A stretch of 46,610 nt of DNA from Chthonomonadaceae bacterium (lineage in GTDB: Bacteria; Armatimonadota; Chthonomonadetes; Chthonomonadales; Chthonomonadaceae), in contig DASRGZ010000139.1 in assembly GCA_035650735.1 (NCBI GenBank), positions 1-46,610 of the forward strand. The letters run 5' to 3'. The notes under the pieces were generated by a model. It did not search any database and was not told the origin of the DNA. It saw nothing but the letters and a program-made list of their open reading frames with translations. Both the position numbers and the translations under genes were made by a program. The stretch's first letter is position 1; every line of letters begins with the position of its first letter. Shown piece by piece: positions 10,216 to 19,129 of the stretch.

Positions 10216-10515
10216 TCACGATCTGCTCTGCGCGGCTCGCCGGCGGCGGGTTTCCCAGCCTTTTTTCGCCGCTTCGCTGCGCCTCTCGTGCTCGGCCCGG
10301 CTTTCGCCCTTCTCTGCGCGCTCCTCCAGGCGCTCATTGGCATGGCGGCGTCCCTCTTTGGTGGCTCTGCCGCCGCCTGTTTCTTTGTTCACGGTGGCCC
10401 AGGCGCGGCGCTCGGCTTCTTTTTCGGAGACGCCGCGCTCCTCGTACCCCTCTTCAATGTGCTCCGCCATCCGTTTCTGCTTGTCGGTATAGGCGGATTT
10501 GTCACCGCGTGGCAT
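10216..10515 (-). CDS. Small conserved charged protein (family often labelled 'plasmid stabilization protein')
   Basis: MPRGDKSAYTDKQKR..AEHIEEGYEERG..EAERRAWATVNK signature; AAGGAG RBS. Confidence 0.85.
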   Translation of the reverse strand: MPRGDKSAYTDKQKRMAEHIEEGYEERGVSEKEAERRAWATVNKETGGGRATKEGRRHANERLEERAEKGESRAEHERRSEAAKKGWETRRRRAAQSRS

Positions 10516-10695
10516 GGTTTCTGCTCCTTTCCCTCTGTTCCGCTTTTCCTGCCTGGTGGCAGAGCGGGCAATTATCTACAGGACTGCAAGAGACCAGCAA
10601 AATGTTCCCCGGCTTCTCAAAAGCGCGCAGGCGTGCCTGCTATTACGGTGGCTTGAAGCGGGCCAAGCCGTCGGCTACACGCTTTTGATGCTGCA

Positions 10696-10724
10696 TTGAC
10701 ACTGCGCTCTGCCGCAGATATAAT
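10696..10724 (+). promoter_or_regulatory. Consensus sigma70 promoter, probably giving a leaderless mRNA
   Basis: TTGACA-17 nt-TATAAT, 6 nt before GTG at 10731. Confidence 0.8.
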
Positions 10725-10730
10725 GACCCT

Positions 10731-11534
10731 GTGAATACTATCTCGACACAACCTGCCGTCCCCAGCCCGCAGGAACAGGCGCACCGCCTTTTCTCCGGCC
10801 TGGCCGCCGCCCTGTTCGATCTGGATAATACGCTTATCGAGACGCATATAGACTTTCCGCTGATGAAGCGCGAGATGCTGGCCCTCGTCGCGCGGTACGG
10901 CCTGGATCCCGCGCCGCTGACCGAGCGGGATATTCTCGGCATAGTTGAGGCCGCGCGAGAGAGCCTGCAAGAGGCTGGTCGCGAGGCTGACTCCACGCGG
11001 TTCCGTACCGAAGCGTTCGCCCGCCTGGAGGAGATTGAAATCGAACACTGCGCCGCGCCGGTCGAGCTTCCGGGAGCCTCTGAGCTGCTGGCCGCCCTGC
11101 GCGCCCGCGCCGTCCCCGTCGCCATCGTCACGCGCAACTGCCGCGCCGTCGCCGAGCGGCTGATCCGGCAGGGCCGTCTTGCCTGTGACGTGCTGCTGGC
11201 GCGGGAAGATGTCGCCCGCACCAAACCTCATCCTGACCATCTCAACGACGCCCTGCATGCTCTGGCGCAGCAGAATGCCAGGCCCGACTTCCCGCCCGCC
11301 GCCTGCCTTATGGTGGGGGATCACTGGATGGATGTCGCCGCCGGACGCGCCGCCGGAATGCGCACTATTGGCTTGCGCCGCCAGCGCCCCGCCGACTTCT
11401 TCGCGCCCGCCCCGCCCGATCTGCTCGTCGGCGATATGGCCGAGCTATGGAGGCTGGTTGAGGAAGCAGGAAGGCGGGAGGAAGAAGGCGCGGAGCCGGC
11501 CTCCGCGTGTCCAACCTCACGCCATGTCGGATAA
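10731..11534 (+). CDS. HAD-superfamily hydrolase (phosphoglycolate phosphatase-like)
   Basis: FDLDNTL motif I, IVTRN, KPHPD and MVGDHWMD. Confidence 0.9.
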   Translation: MNTISTQPAVPSPQEQAHRLFSGLAAALFDLDNTLIETHIDFPLMKREMLALVARYGLDPAPLTERDILGIVEAARESLQEAGREADSTRFRTEAFARLEEIEIEHCAAPVELPGASELLAALRARAVPVAIVTRNCRAVAERLIRQGRLACDVLLAREDVARTKPHPDHLNDALHALAQQNARPDFPPAACLMVGDHWMDVAAGRAAGMRTIGLRRQRPADFFAPAPPDLLVGDMAELWRLVEEAGRREEEGAEPASACPTSRHVG

Positions 11535-12387
11535 GGTCGTCCTCTCCATCGCCATCGTCAACTGGAACACGCGCGACCTGCTGCTGGGTGCGCTCGCCAG
11601 CATCTACGACGCGCCTCCTGCGTTCCCGTTTGAGGTCATTGTCGTGGACAACGCCTCTTCCGATGGCAGCGCCGAGGCGGTCGCCGCTCGGTTCCCGCAG
11701 GTCTGCCTGATCGCCAATTCCGGCAATGAGGGCTACGCGCGGGGCAACAATCAGGCGATGGAACGCGCGCGCGGCACGTATATACTGCTGTTGAACCCCG
11801 ACGTGCTGCTGCCGCCCGGCGGGTTGGAAAGAGCGGTCGCCTTTATGGAACAGCATCCGGAGGCGGGCGCGTTGGGCGTGCGGCAGGTGCACCCGGACGG
11901 GCGATGGCAGCGGTCGGTGCGCGGCTTCCCGTCGCCGCTGGCGGTGCTGTGGGAGCTGGCGTGCCTGAGCCGCCTGTTTCCGGGCAGCCGCGTCTTTGGG
12001 GCCTACCGGATGACGTGGTTCGATTACGCCCATACGGCGGAAGTCGATCAGCCGATGGGAACGTTCCTATTGCTGCGCCGGGCCGTGATGGAGCAGGTCG
12101 GCCTGCTGGACGAGGACTTTCCTATCTTCTTCAATGAGGTGGACTGGTGCCTGCGCTGCAAGCGCGCAGGCTGGAAAATCTACTTCACGCCCGATGTCGA
12201 GATCGTTCACTACGGCGGGGCGAGCACGGCGCAGGTGGGAGCGGCGATGGCCTGGGAGTCGCGGCGCAGCCTGCTGCGCTTCTATGCCAAGCACTATCGC
12301 GCGCCCTGGTTCTGGCCGCTGCGCTGGCTCATTGCCGCCGCCTCCTGGCCATATGCCTGGCTCCAGGCCCACCGTCGCGCAAAGTGA
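11524..12387 (+). CDS. GT2 family glycosyltransferase (rhamnosyltransferase-like)
   Basis: IVNWN, VVDNASSDGS, LLNPD, NEVDWC; start MSDKVV overlaps the HAD stop. Confidence 0.9.
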   Translation: MSDKVVLSIAIVNWNTRDLLLGALASIYDAPPAFPFEVIVVDNASSDGSAEAVAARFPQVCLIANSGNEGYARGNNQAMERARGTYILLLNPDVLLPPGGLERAVAFMEQHPEAGALGVRQVHPDGRWQRSVRGFPSPLAVLWELACLSRLFPGSRVFGAYRMTWFDYAHTAEVDQPMGTFLLLRRAVMEQVGLLDEDFPIFFNEVDWCLRCKRAGWKIYFTPDVEIVHYGGASTAQVGAAMAWESRRSLLRFYAKHYRAPWFWPLRWLIAAASWPYAWLQAHRRAK

Positions 12388-12402
12388 GAAAGAGGAAGTC
12401 GC

Positions 12403-13545
12403 GTGGATCTCTCTGTTATCATCTTAAGCTGGAATACCTGCGGGCTTCTGGAGAAGTGCCTGCGCTCGCTCGCCTGCTCGCAGCCCGGCCTGGAATACGA
12501 GGTTATCGTCGTGGACAACGCCAGCGAGGATGATAGCCGCGCGATGGTGCGCCGTCTGTTCCCCAACGTCCGCCTGCTGGTCAATCCCACCAACGTCGGG
12601 TTCAGCGCCGGCAACAATACGGCCATCCCGCACGCGACGGGCCGCTACGTGCTGTTTCTTAACTCCGATACCGTCGTCCTGGAGGGCGCGCTGGCGGCGA
12701 TGGTGCGCTACGCCGACGCGCATCCGGACATCGGCATCCTCGGCCCGAAGCTGCTCAACGCCGACGATACGCTGCAATACTCCTGCCGCCGCTTTCCCAA
12801 TCTGGGCACGGGTTTCTTCCGCAACACGCCGCTCGGACGCCTGTTCCCCCACAACCGATTCGCCCTAGACTATCTTTACCAGAATTGGGATCATGCGACT
12901 CCGCGCGACGTGGACTGGGTTTCCGGCGCGGCCCTGATGCTACGACGCACCCTGCTCGACCAGATCGGCGGCTTCGACGAAGACTTCTTCATGTACTGCG
13001 AGGATGTGGACCTCTGCTGGCGCACGGCCCATACGCCTTTGCCCACAAGCCCTCCTCCAACAGACCTCACCCCCGGCCCCTTTCCTTCTCAAGGAGGAGG
13101 GAAAGAGCAGAAGCCTTGTTCTCCCCTCCTCCCCGGCCCTTCTCCCTCCAAGGGAGAAGGGGGAGCAGAAGCCAGCATTGCCCCTGCCTGCGCAGGCAGG
13201 CAGCGGGCCGCAGGCCCCACAGCGGCAGGGTTCAGCCTGCCGAATAAGCCAGGTAGGACCTGGCGCGTCGTCTACTACCCGGACGCCGTGATCTACCATC
13301 TCATCGGCAAGAGCACCGATAAAGTGCCTACGCGCATGACCTATGAGTTCCATCGCAGCCAGTACCTCTTCTATAAGAAGCACTACGCGGCCTCCACGCC
13401 CCTGCTGCTGCGCCCGCTGATCCCGGTCGGGATCGCACTGCGGGCGGTGGGCCAGATGACTCGCTTCCGTGTTCGCTACTGGCAGCGCCGCCTGCGCGGG
13501 CAGGAGAAGCCCAAACGCCAGACCCCACGGGGAGGCAGGTCGTGA
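12403..13545 (+). CDS. GT2 family glycosyltransferase carrying an in-frame repeat-derived insertion
   Basis: VVDNAS, FLNSD, YCEDVDLC; extra ~74 aa at 13033-13260 relative to the upstream paralog. Confidence 0.9.
   Translation: MDLSVIILSWNTCGLLEKCLRSLACSQPGLEYEVIVVDNASEDDSRAMVRRLFPNVRLLVNPTNVGFSAGNNTAIPHATGRYVLFLNSDTVVLEGALAAMVRYADAHPDIGILGPKLLNADDTLQYSCRRFPNLGTGFFRNTPLGRLFPHNRFALDYLYQNWDHATPRDVDWVSGAALMLRRTLLDQIGGFDEDFFMYCEDVDLCWRTAHTPLPTSPPPTDLTPGPFPSQGGGKEQKPCSPLLPGPSPSKGEGGAEASIAPACAGRQRAAGPTAAGFSLPNKPGRTWRVVYYPDAVIYHLIGKSTDKVPTRMTYEFHRSQYLFYKKHYAASTPLLLRPLIPVGIALRAVGQMTRFRVRYWQRRLRGQEKPKRQTPRGGRS
13064..13243. repeat. Intragenic composite repeat (two repeat families)
   Basis: 13105-13173 matches 26458-26527 and 45555-45611; 13215-13242 matches the REP arm at 39395-39422. 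Confidence 0.85.
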
Positions 13546-15911
13546 GCCGACGTCCCGTCCAAAACGAGTCGGGCAACGGCACGGGCAAGAGGCGCTACGC
13601 CGCGACGACTGCCACTGCCCCACATCCGGAAGAGGCTCCGCGCGATCCGCGTGCGCTGTCCCCGCTGGATTGGGCCGCTGTCCTGCTGATTGCGTTGGCG
13701 CTGGTGCTGGCGCCCCTCGGAGCCGGACTGTTCTCCACGCCCGCCTACCCGGCGCAGTATGTGCCGGAGGGGCCGTTTGAGTGGCTGCAAGTAATGGTCC
13801 TGCCGCTGCTGCTGGCGCTGACAGCGGCGGCGTTCGGCGTGGTGGCCTGGCGAGAGGGGAAGCGCCCGGTCGCCATTGGGGCCGTGCGCGGATTGGCCGG
13901 AGCGCTGATCCTGCTGGCATGCTGGGCGGGGCTGTCGCTCGCGCGCTCTCCGGCGCTCTATCTCAGCGTCAACGCGCTCGCCGTGCTGCTAGCTGCGTTG
14001 CTCATGGCCGGATTGGTGGCGCGTCTCTGCCGCGACCGCAACGGCTTTGCCGCGCTGCTGCTGGCCGTTGTCGTCGCGGGGAGTGTCGTCGCAGGAATCG
14101 GCGCCAACGAATACCTCGCCTACTGGAAGCTAGGGATCGTGCACCGCGTCTTCGCCACCTTCGCCAACCCAGACTTCCTCGCGGGCTACCTGCTGCTGAC
14201 GCTCCCTGTTACGCTGTCGGCATTCGCCGCGACCACCGAGAGAACGGCGCGGCTGGCCCTGGGCGTCGGCACGGGCTTGCAGACCCTCGGCCTGATGGTC
14301 ACGGGATCGCGGGCCGGCATTGGAATACTGCTGGTTGCGTTGCTGGTGTGGCTGGCGCTGATTGCTGCCTCGCAAGCGGCCGCAGGACGGTGGAAGCGTG
14401 TTGGCCTGGGGGTGGCGGTCTGTATCGTGTGCATCCTGCTAGGCTCCGCGCCGCTTCTGCTGCGCATCGGCGGGCGCAACACGGCGCAGGGCAAGGGCAG
14501 CGCGTCGGCCTCCTCCGGGGAGACGGCGGTGGCGCAGGCACAGGATCATTCGACGGCTTTCCGCCGCTGGACCTGGATCGGCACGGTCAAGATGGCAGCG
14601 GCCAATCCCCTGCTCGGCACGGGCCTGGGCACTTTTGACATCGCCTATCCGCGCTATGCGGTGACGGCCTATACCGCCCACGCCCACAACGGATATCTTC
14701 AATGGGCCGGGGAAACGGGCATCCCCGGCATCCTGCTTCTGCTGACCGGGCTTGCCGCCGCCACTGCCTTCGGCGCGCACGTGCTGTTCCTGCCGCGCCT
14801 GGCCGGGACGCAGGCCGAGAGCGAGATGCCCCCGCCGGAGCGCGCGGCTTCCGGGCTGGCGGCGCAGTTGGCTCTGGAGGAGCCGCGCCTGCTGCTGGCG
14901 GGCCTGCTGGCGGCGGTGCTGGCCTCCATGCTGCACAATCTGCTCGACTCGGACTGGTACATCGTGGCGACGGCCTACACGCTCTGCGCGGCGCTGGCGC
15001 TGCTGGTCGGGTTGAGCCGGGATCTGGCGCCGCTGGCAACCCAGATCCCGCGCCCGTTTGCGCCGACCATGATCGGTGTCGGCGGGCTGATCGCCGCGTT
15101 CTTGCTCTGGCGGGCCGTGGCGGTCGGCGGCGGGAATGTCCAGGAATTCGCCGCGCGGGAGGCGCTTGCCCGGCGCGATCCACAGGCGGCCATAGAGGCG
15201 TACCAGGCGGAGGCTTCCCTGGAGCCGCTCAGTCCTGAGCCGCACCTGTCGCTCGCCCAGATCTATCTCTACTCCCAGCGCCCTGAGCAGGCGCTCCAGC
15301 AGCTTCAGATCGCCACGCGCCTAGCCCAAACCGGCAAGACCTACTACCGCCTGGGCCAGTTCTATCTCAGCACCGGTGACCTGGACCGGGCCATTGCCGC
15401 CTTCCGCCGCGCTCGGGAGCTACAGCCCAACACGCAGAACCTGCGCGCGCTGGGCGACGCGCTGCGCCAGGCCGGGCAGGCCGAGTCGGCGGCGCGGGTT
15501 TACCGGGAGATGGAGCGGCTGGAAGCCGGTCCTTACGGCACGGTGCGGGCCATGCCCGAGATCGTGGAGACAGATTTCGCTTATGCGCACGCGGCCTTAG
15601 CCGATCTGGCCTACGACGCGGGCCGGTGGGCGGAGGCAGCGGACGAAGATGCCCGCGCCGCCACCGTGCTGCGCGAGTTCTGGAAGGGACGTTCGGAGGA
15701 GCGCTATACGCTGATGCCCCCGGAGAAGCGCCAGGCCCTCCTCGACCTCTACGATAAGGTCCTGACGCAATGGCAGGAGGCGCTGCGCAAGCAGGGGCCA
15801 TCTACGGCGGCGGAGGCCGCCAGCGTGGCGGAGGAACAGCGGCGTTTTCGCCAGGAGCGCGCCCAGGAGCAGGCCGCTATCCAGAACACGGAGAGTGGCC
15901 CGCCGCAATGA
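13542..15911 (+). CDS. O-antigen ligase/polymerase family membrane protein with C-terminal TPRs
   Basis: Many hydrophobic helices; ATFANPDFLAGYL, TGSRAG, HAHNGYLQ..GETG; TPR-like YYRLGQFY..GDLDRAIAAFRRA. Confidence 0.88.
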   Translation: MSRRPVQNESGNGTGKRRYAATTATAPHPEEAPRDPRALSPLDWAAVLLIALALVLAPLGAGLFSTPAYPAQYVPEGPFEWLQVMVLPLLLALTAAAFGVVAWREGKRPVAIGAVRGLAGALILLACWAGLSLARSPALYLSVNALAVLLAALLMAGLVARLCRDRNGFAALLLAVVVAGSVVAGIGANEYLAYWKLGIVHRVFATFANPDFLAGYLLLTLPVTLSAFAATTERTARLALGVGTGLQTLGLMVTGSRAGIGILLVALLVWLALIAASQAAAGRWKRVGLGVAVCIVCILLGSAPLLLRIGGRNTAQGKGSASASSGETAVAQAQDHSTAFRRWTWIGTVKMAAANPLLGTGLGTFDIAYPRYAVTAYTAHAHNGYLQWAGETGIPGILLLLTGLAAATAFGAHVLFLPRLAGTQAESEMPPPERAASGLAAQLALEEPRLLLAGLLAAVLASMLHNLLDSDWYIVATAYTLCAALALLVGLSRDLAPLATQIPRPFAPTMIGVGGLIAAFLLWRAVAVGGGNVQEFAAREALARRDPQAAIEAYQAEASLEPLSPEPHLSLAQIYLYSQRPEQALQQLQIATRLAQTGKTYYRLGQFYLSTGDLDRAIAAFRRARELQPNTQNLRALGDALRQAGQAESAARVYREMERLEAGPYGTVRAMPEIVETDFAYAHAALADLAYDAGRWAEAADEDARAATVLREFWKGRSEERYTLMPPEKRQALLDLYDKVLTQWQEALRKQGPSTAAEAASVAEEQRRFRQERAQEQAAIQNTESGPPQ

Positions 15912-16660
15912 TCGAGCGCACCGAACATACCGTGCCCGTGCCCTATCTGCCGGAGGCGCTGCGCGGGCTGCGCATCGCCCAGCTTTCCGACCTGCATCGC
16001 AGCCATCTTACCTCCGACCGGGTGCTGCGCGCCGCCGTGCAGATGGCGAACGATGCCTGTCCCGATCTGATCGTGCTGACCGGCGACTACGTGTCCCAGG
16101 ACACGGCGGATATCGAGCCTTGTATGCGCCTCCTCAAGCCGCTGCGCGCACGTATGGGTATCTATGCCGTCCTGGGCAACCACGACTACAATGCCAGCGG
16201 ACGTGGCGTGGCCCAGGCGCTCACGCGCATCGGCGTCGAGGTGCTGGTCAACCGAAACGTCTCTCTGCGACACGGCCTGCGGCTGGCGGGCCTGGACGAC
16301 AGCCGCAAGGGCAAGCCGGATGTGCGGCGCGCTCTGGAAGACATCGGCCCGGAAGAGCCGCTGCTGATTCTGACCCACAACCCGGCGGACGCGGAGAAGC
16401 TGGCCCACCGCGCCTGCGTTGTTCTCTCCGGCCACACCCACGGCGGGCAGATTCTCCTGCCCATCCTCACAGCCAACGAGATCCGGCGGATCGGGGCCAA
16501 GCGCTATCGCGCCGGCTGGTATACCATCGGCAAGGCGCGCGTCTACGTCAATCGCGGCTTGGGGCAGGTGGGCTATCCGATCCGCCTGTTCTGCCCTCCC
16601 GAAGTCAGCGTCTTCACCCTGGAGCCAGCCTGCCAACCGCAAAGGGATAGAATAAAGTGA
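15908..16660 (+). CDS. Calcineurin-like metallophosphoesterase (YkuE/YaeI-like)
   Basis: SDLH, TGDY, GNHD, THNP and GHTHGGQ; ATGA overlap with the upstream stop. Confidence 0.92.
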   Translation: MIERTEHTVPVPYLPEALRGLRIAQLSDLHRSHLTSDRVLRAAVQMANDACPDLIVLTGDYVSQDTADIEPCMRLLKPLRARMGIYAVLGNHDYNASGRGVAQALTRIGVEVLVNRNVSLRHGLRLAGLDDSRKGKPDVRRALEDIGPEEPLLILTHNPADAEKLAHRACVVLSGHTHGGQILLPILTANEIRRIGAKRYRAGWYTIGKARVYVNRGLGQVGYPIRLFCPPEVSVFTLEPACQPQRDRIK

Positions 16661-16712
16661 TAGAATTTAGAATTAAGGTTCTAAAAATTTATCTTATCCT
16701 CGTAAAAATTGC

Positions 16713-16740
16713 TTGACAATGGCAATTTCCTTGTTATAAT
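16713..16740 (+). promoter_or_regulatory. Consensus sigma70 promoter with extended -10 and AT-rich upstream element
   Basis: TTGACA-16 nt-TATAAT with TG preceding -10; AT-rich 16660-16712. Confidence 0.75.
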
Positions 16741-17256
16741 AGCAAATACGGCCTTTGGTGACGGTGAATTCTAGATTTTGGGGATACCGCTGCCAACGAC
16801 CCAGTCGTATTCCCCTTTTGCTAAGCGAACCCTTTTTCAAGGGAACGCGCCCCATCGCCAGGTTTGTCTTCCTATACCCATAGCGCGAAGAACTACAGGC
16901 CATAGTAAGGTAAAGCTGGTGCGCCTGTGCCGGTTTCTATTGCCGTTAAGGGCCTGTAGGCTGGCTGTGCTTCTAGTTATACCGAATTCAAGTTTCCCAG
17001 GCTTTGCGGAAATCCTGCTGCCGTCTCTGTTCAAGATACCGGCCCGGTTTCAGGCAAGTAGCTGGACCTTATCTTGAAATGCGGCGCTCCAACGACAATA
17101 GAGGACGGCGATACCAGAGGAGGTGATAGCTCCCAAGAAACTAGCTTTTGATGAATTTGTTCGGTAGATGCTTTGGTATTGCGCCTGTGATGGACACCAT
17201 CGTTTGTTTCCTTTACTGCTAGATCAACTCTACAACAAGAAAGGATCGACCCAACA

Positions 17257-17700
17257 ATGATGGCTCAATCAACTCGGTATGCAATGCTCGCCAAGCTCAG
17301 CCTCTTCTCCCTGGCCCTTCTCCCTTTGGCCTTCGGCGCTGCCTCGCCCGCCAGCGCTGCCACTGCGAATGTCACCAGCTTCAATGCCACTCGCAAAGGC
17401 AATCCGCCAACTGAATTGTACTACGACTTTCTTGAGTACACTTACACCGCTTCATGGACTGATGCGGGAAGGAATTGTTACCGCACCATAGACTGGTACG
17501 CGAACGATATTTACAATACCCACATATCGTCCGCGATCCACTCGACAAGCCCTGCAAGTGTTTCTGGCTCAGAGAAAGCGTATCCCAATCGGTCGGAGGG
17601 CACGGGGAACTACTACAAGATCAAGGTCCAGGTACAGGACACAAATAACCCGCTGATCGTATATGCCTGGGATGTGGCAACGGATGGCGATTTGTACTGA
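17257..17700 (+). CDS. Hypothetical secreted beta-rich protein
   Basis: Signal peptide ending ASPASA; Tyr/Thr-rich strands; AAGGA RBS; lower GC than neighbours. Confidence 0.7.
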   Translation: MMAQSTRYAMLAKLSLFSLALLPLAFGAASPASAATANVTSFNATRKGNPPTELYYDFLEYTYTASWTDAGRNCYRTIDWYANDIYNTHISSAIHSTSPASVSGSEKAYPNRSEGTGNYYKIKVQVQDTNNPLIVYAWDVATDGDLY

Positions 17701-17831
17701 GGAAAAACCGGTTGGTATGAGGGAATAGGGATGTTATTCCTCATCCCATAATCAAAGCGGCAGCACCGCATCTGAAAGGTAAGTACGGTAGAGTGCGGTG
17801 CTGCCCGTCAGAACAGTAACAGGAGATAACT

Positions 17832-19016
17832 ATGCGCCACAGGACGACCCACCTGATCCTCCTCGTCATCGGCATGGCCGCGATCTACAACGCCAGTCCC
17901 GCCTATCCCCAGCAGGAGACGCCGCCCGCAGAGGCTGCGAGCAAAGCCCTGTATCAGAGCGACTTCGACAGCGACCCCCGCCTGAGTGTGCCGATGACGA
18001 TAGAGATGCGCTCCTGCCCGCATTGGCAGCTCTGGGCGCGACTGGCCCGTAAGACGCGGCTCTCCATTGACCGGGAAGAGGCGGCCAACGAACTTGATAG
18101 CAGCACGATAGCCATCGCCGGTAAGAATGTATCGGCCAGAGCGTTAATGGATGCTATGGCCGCGCGTGTTATGGCCCGGTGGGAACGCACGGAGAAGGGC
18201 TATCGGCTCCTGGTAAGCCAGCGGGAGCTTGATGATGTCTATCTGCCTCAAAGCAACCGGGAACGAGAGCGATTTGCCATCGGGGCCGCGTTTATCCGCG
18301 ACTTCAACGCGCTGCCTGCCTCCGAGCAGGCCCGCCTTCTTTCGGGAAGGTCTGTCCCGTTCACCTCGCTGCCTGCGGCCATGCAGCAGGCCGTGTCCCG
18401 GATGCTCGAATCGCTGGCGCTGGAGTATCGGGAGAAGGGCATGAGTGATACGGTACCCCCCAGCCGGCTTTCGGACGCCATGTTCCGCCTGGAGCGCAAG
18501 CCGGCGCCGGGGTTTAATCGCCTCTTCATGACGGTCCGGATTCCCGAAATCGGGTCTACGGGATGGCGGCTCAACGACTACGAGGCGCAGAAGCAGGCGC
18601 GGCAGCAGCGCGTGGCCGGCGGGCCGGACCCTATCTATGCGCCCGTCAAGTTCGAGGTGAAGCCGGAGGATGCCAAGCGCCTTCCGGCTCTGAAGCGGGT
18701 GGTGACCTTGCAGATGTGGCAGGCGACGTTCCCGGAGGCGCTGCAACGGCTTCACGAGAAGTACGGCCTTGCGTTTGTCTCCGATCCGAAGCAATATATG
18801 TCTCAGCAAGCCAACATCAACATTCCCCCGATGCCGCTCGGAGAAGCCCTGGATTGGCTGACAGAGATTTTCCGTGATACTGAGTGGGAGTGGCGCAAGT
18901 ATGGCTTCGTCGTCGTTCGCGGCCCCTTGAACCCATCGCGTACTCCCAGACAGCCGCAGCCCGCGCAGGACGCAAACGCCTCCGAAAAGCCCGCGCCGCC
19001 CAAACCCGCGCCCTAA
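17832..19016 (+). CDS. Hypothetical secreted protein with two STN/secretin-N-like segments
   Basis: Signal peptide; two similar segments (LARKTRLSID..LMDAMA..WER and LHEKYGLAFVSD..ALDWL..WEW); AGGAG RBS. Confidence 0.7.
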   Translation: MRHRTTHLILLVIGMAAIYNASPAYPQQETPPAEAASKALYQSDFDSDPRLSVPMTIEMRSCPHWQLWARLARKTRLSIDREEAANELDSSTIAIAGKNVSARALMDAMAARVMARWERTEKGYRLLVSQRELDDVYLPQSNRERERFAIGAAFIRDFNALPASEQARLLSGRSVPFTSLPAAMQQAVSRMLESLALEYREKGMSDTVPPSRLSDAMFRLERKPAPGFNRLFMTVRIPEIGSTGWRLNDYEAQKQARQQRVAGGPDPIYAPVKFEVKPEDAKRLPALKRVVTLQMWQATFPEALQRLHEKYGLAFVSDPKQYMSQQANINIPPMPLGEALDWLTEIFRDTEWEWRKYGFVVVRGPLNPSRTPRQPQPAQDANASEKPAPPKPAP

Positions 19017-19119
19017 CTTCCCGTCCCTTTTTGGCCCTCACCCCCTGCCCCCTCTCCCGCAGCGTGGGAGAGGGGGCAGGGGGTGAGGGCCAAAAAGGAA
19101 AAGGGGTCGGGGGTTAGGT
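19011..19119. repeat. Repeat element containing a long perfect-armed hairpin
   Basis: TTTTTGGCCCTCACCCCCTGCCCCCTCTCCC...GGGAGAGGGGGCAGGGGGTGAGGGCCAAAAA, ending GGGGTTAGGT. Confidence 0.75.
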
Positions 19120-19129
19120 AAGCCTGCCG

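Noticed and set aside
19028..19096. Intrinsic terminator
   Set aside because: T-run precedes and A-run follows the stem on both strands, so there is no U-tail; treated as a repeat doublet
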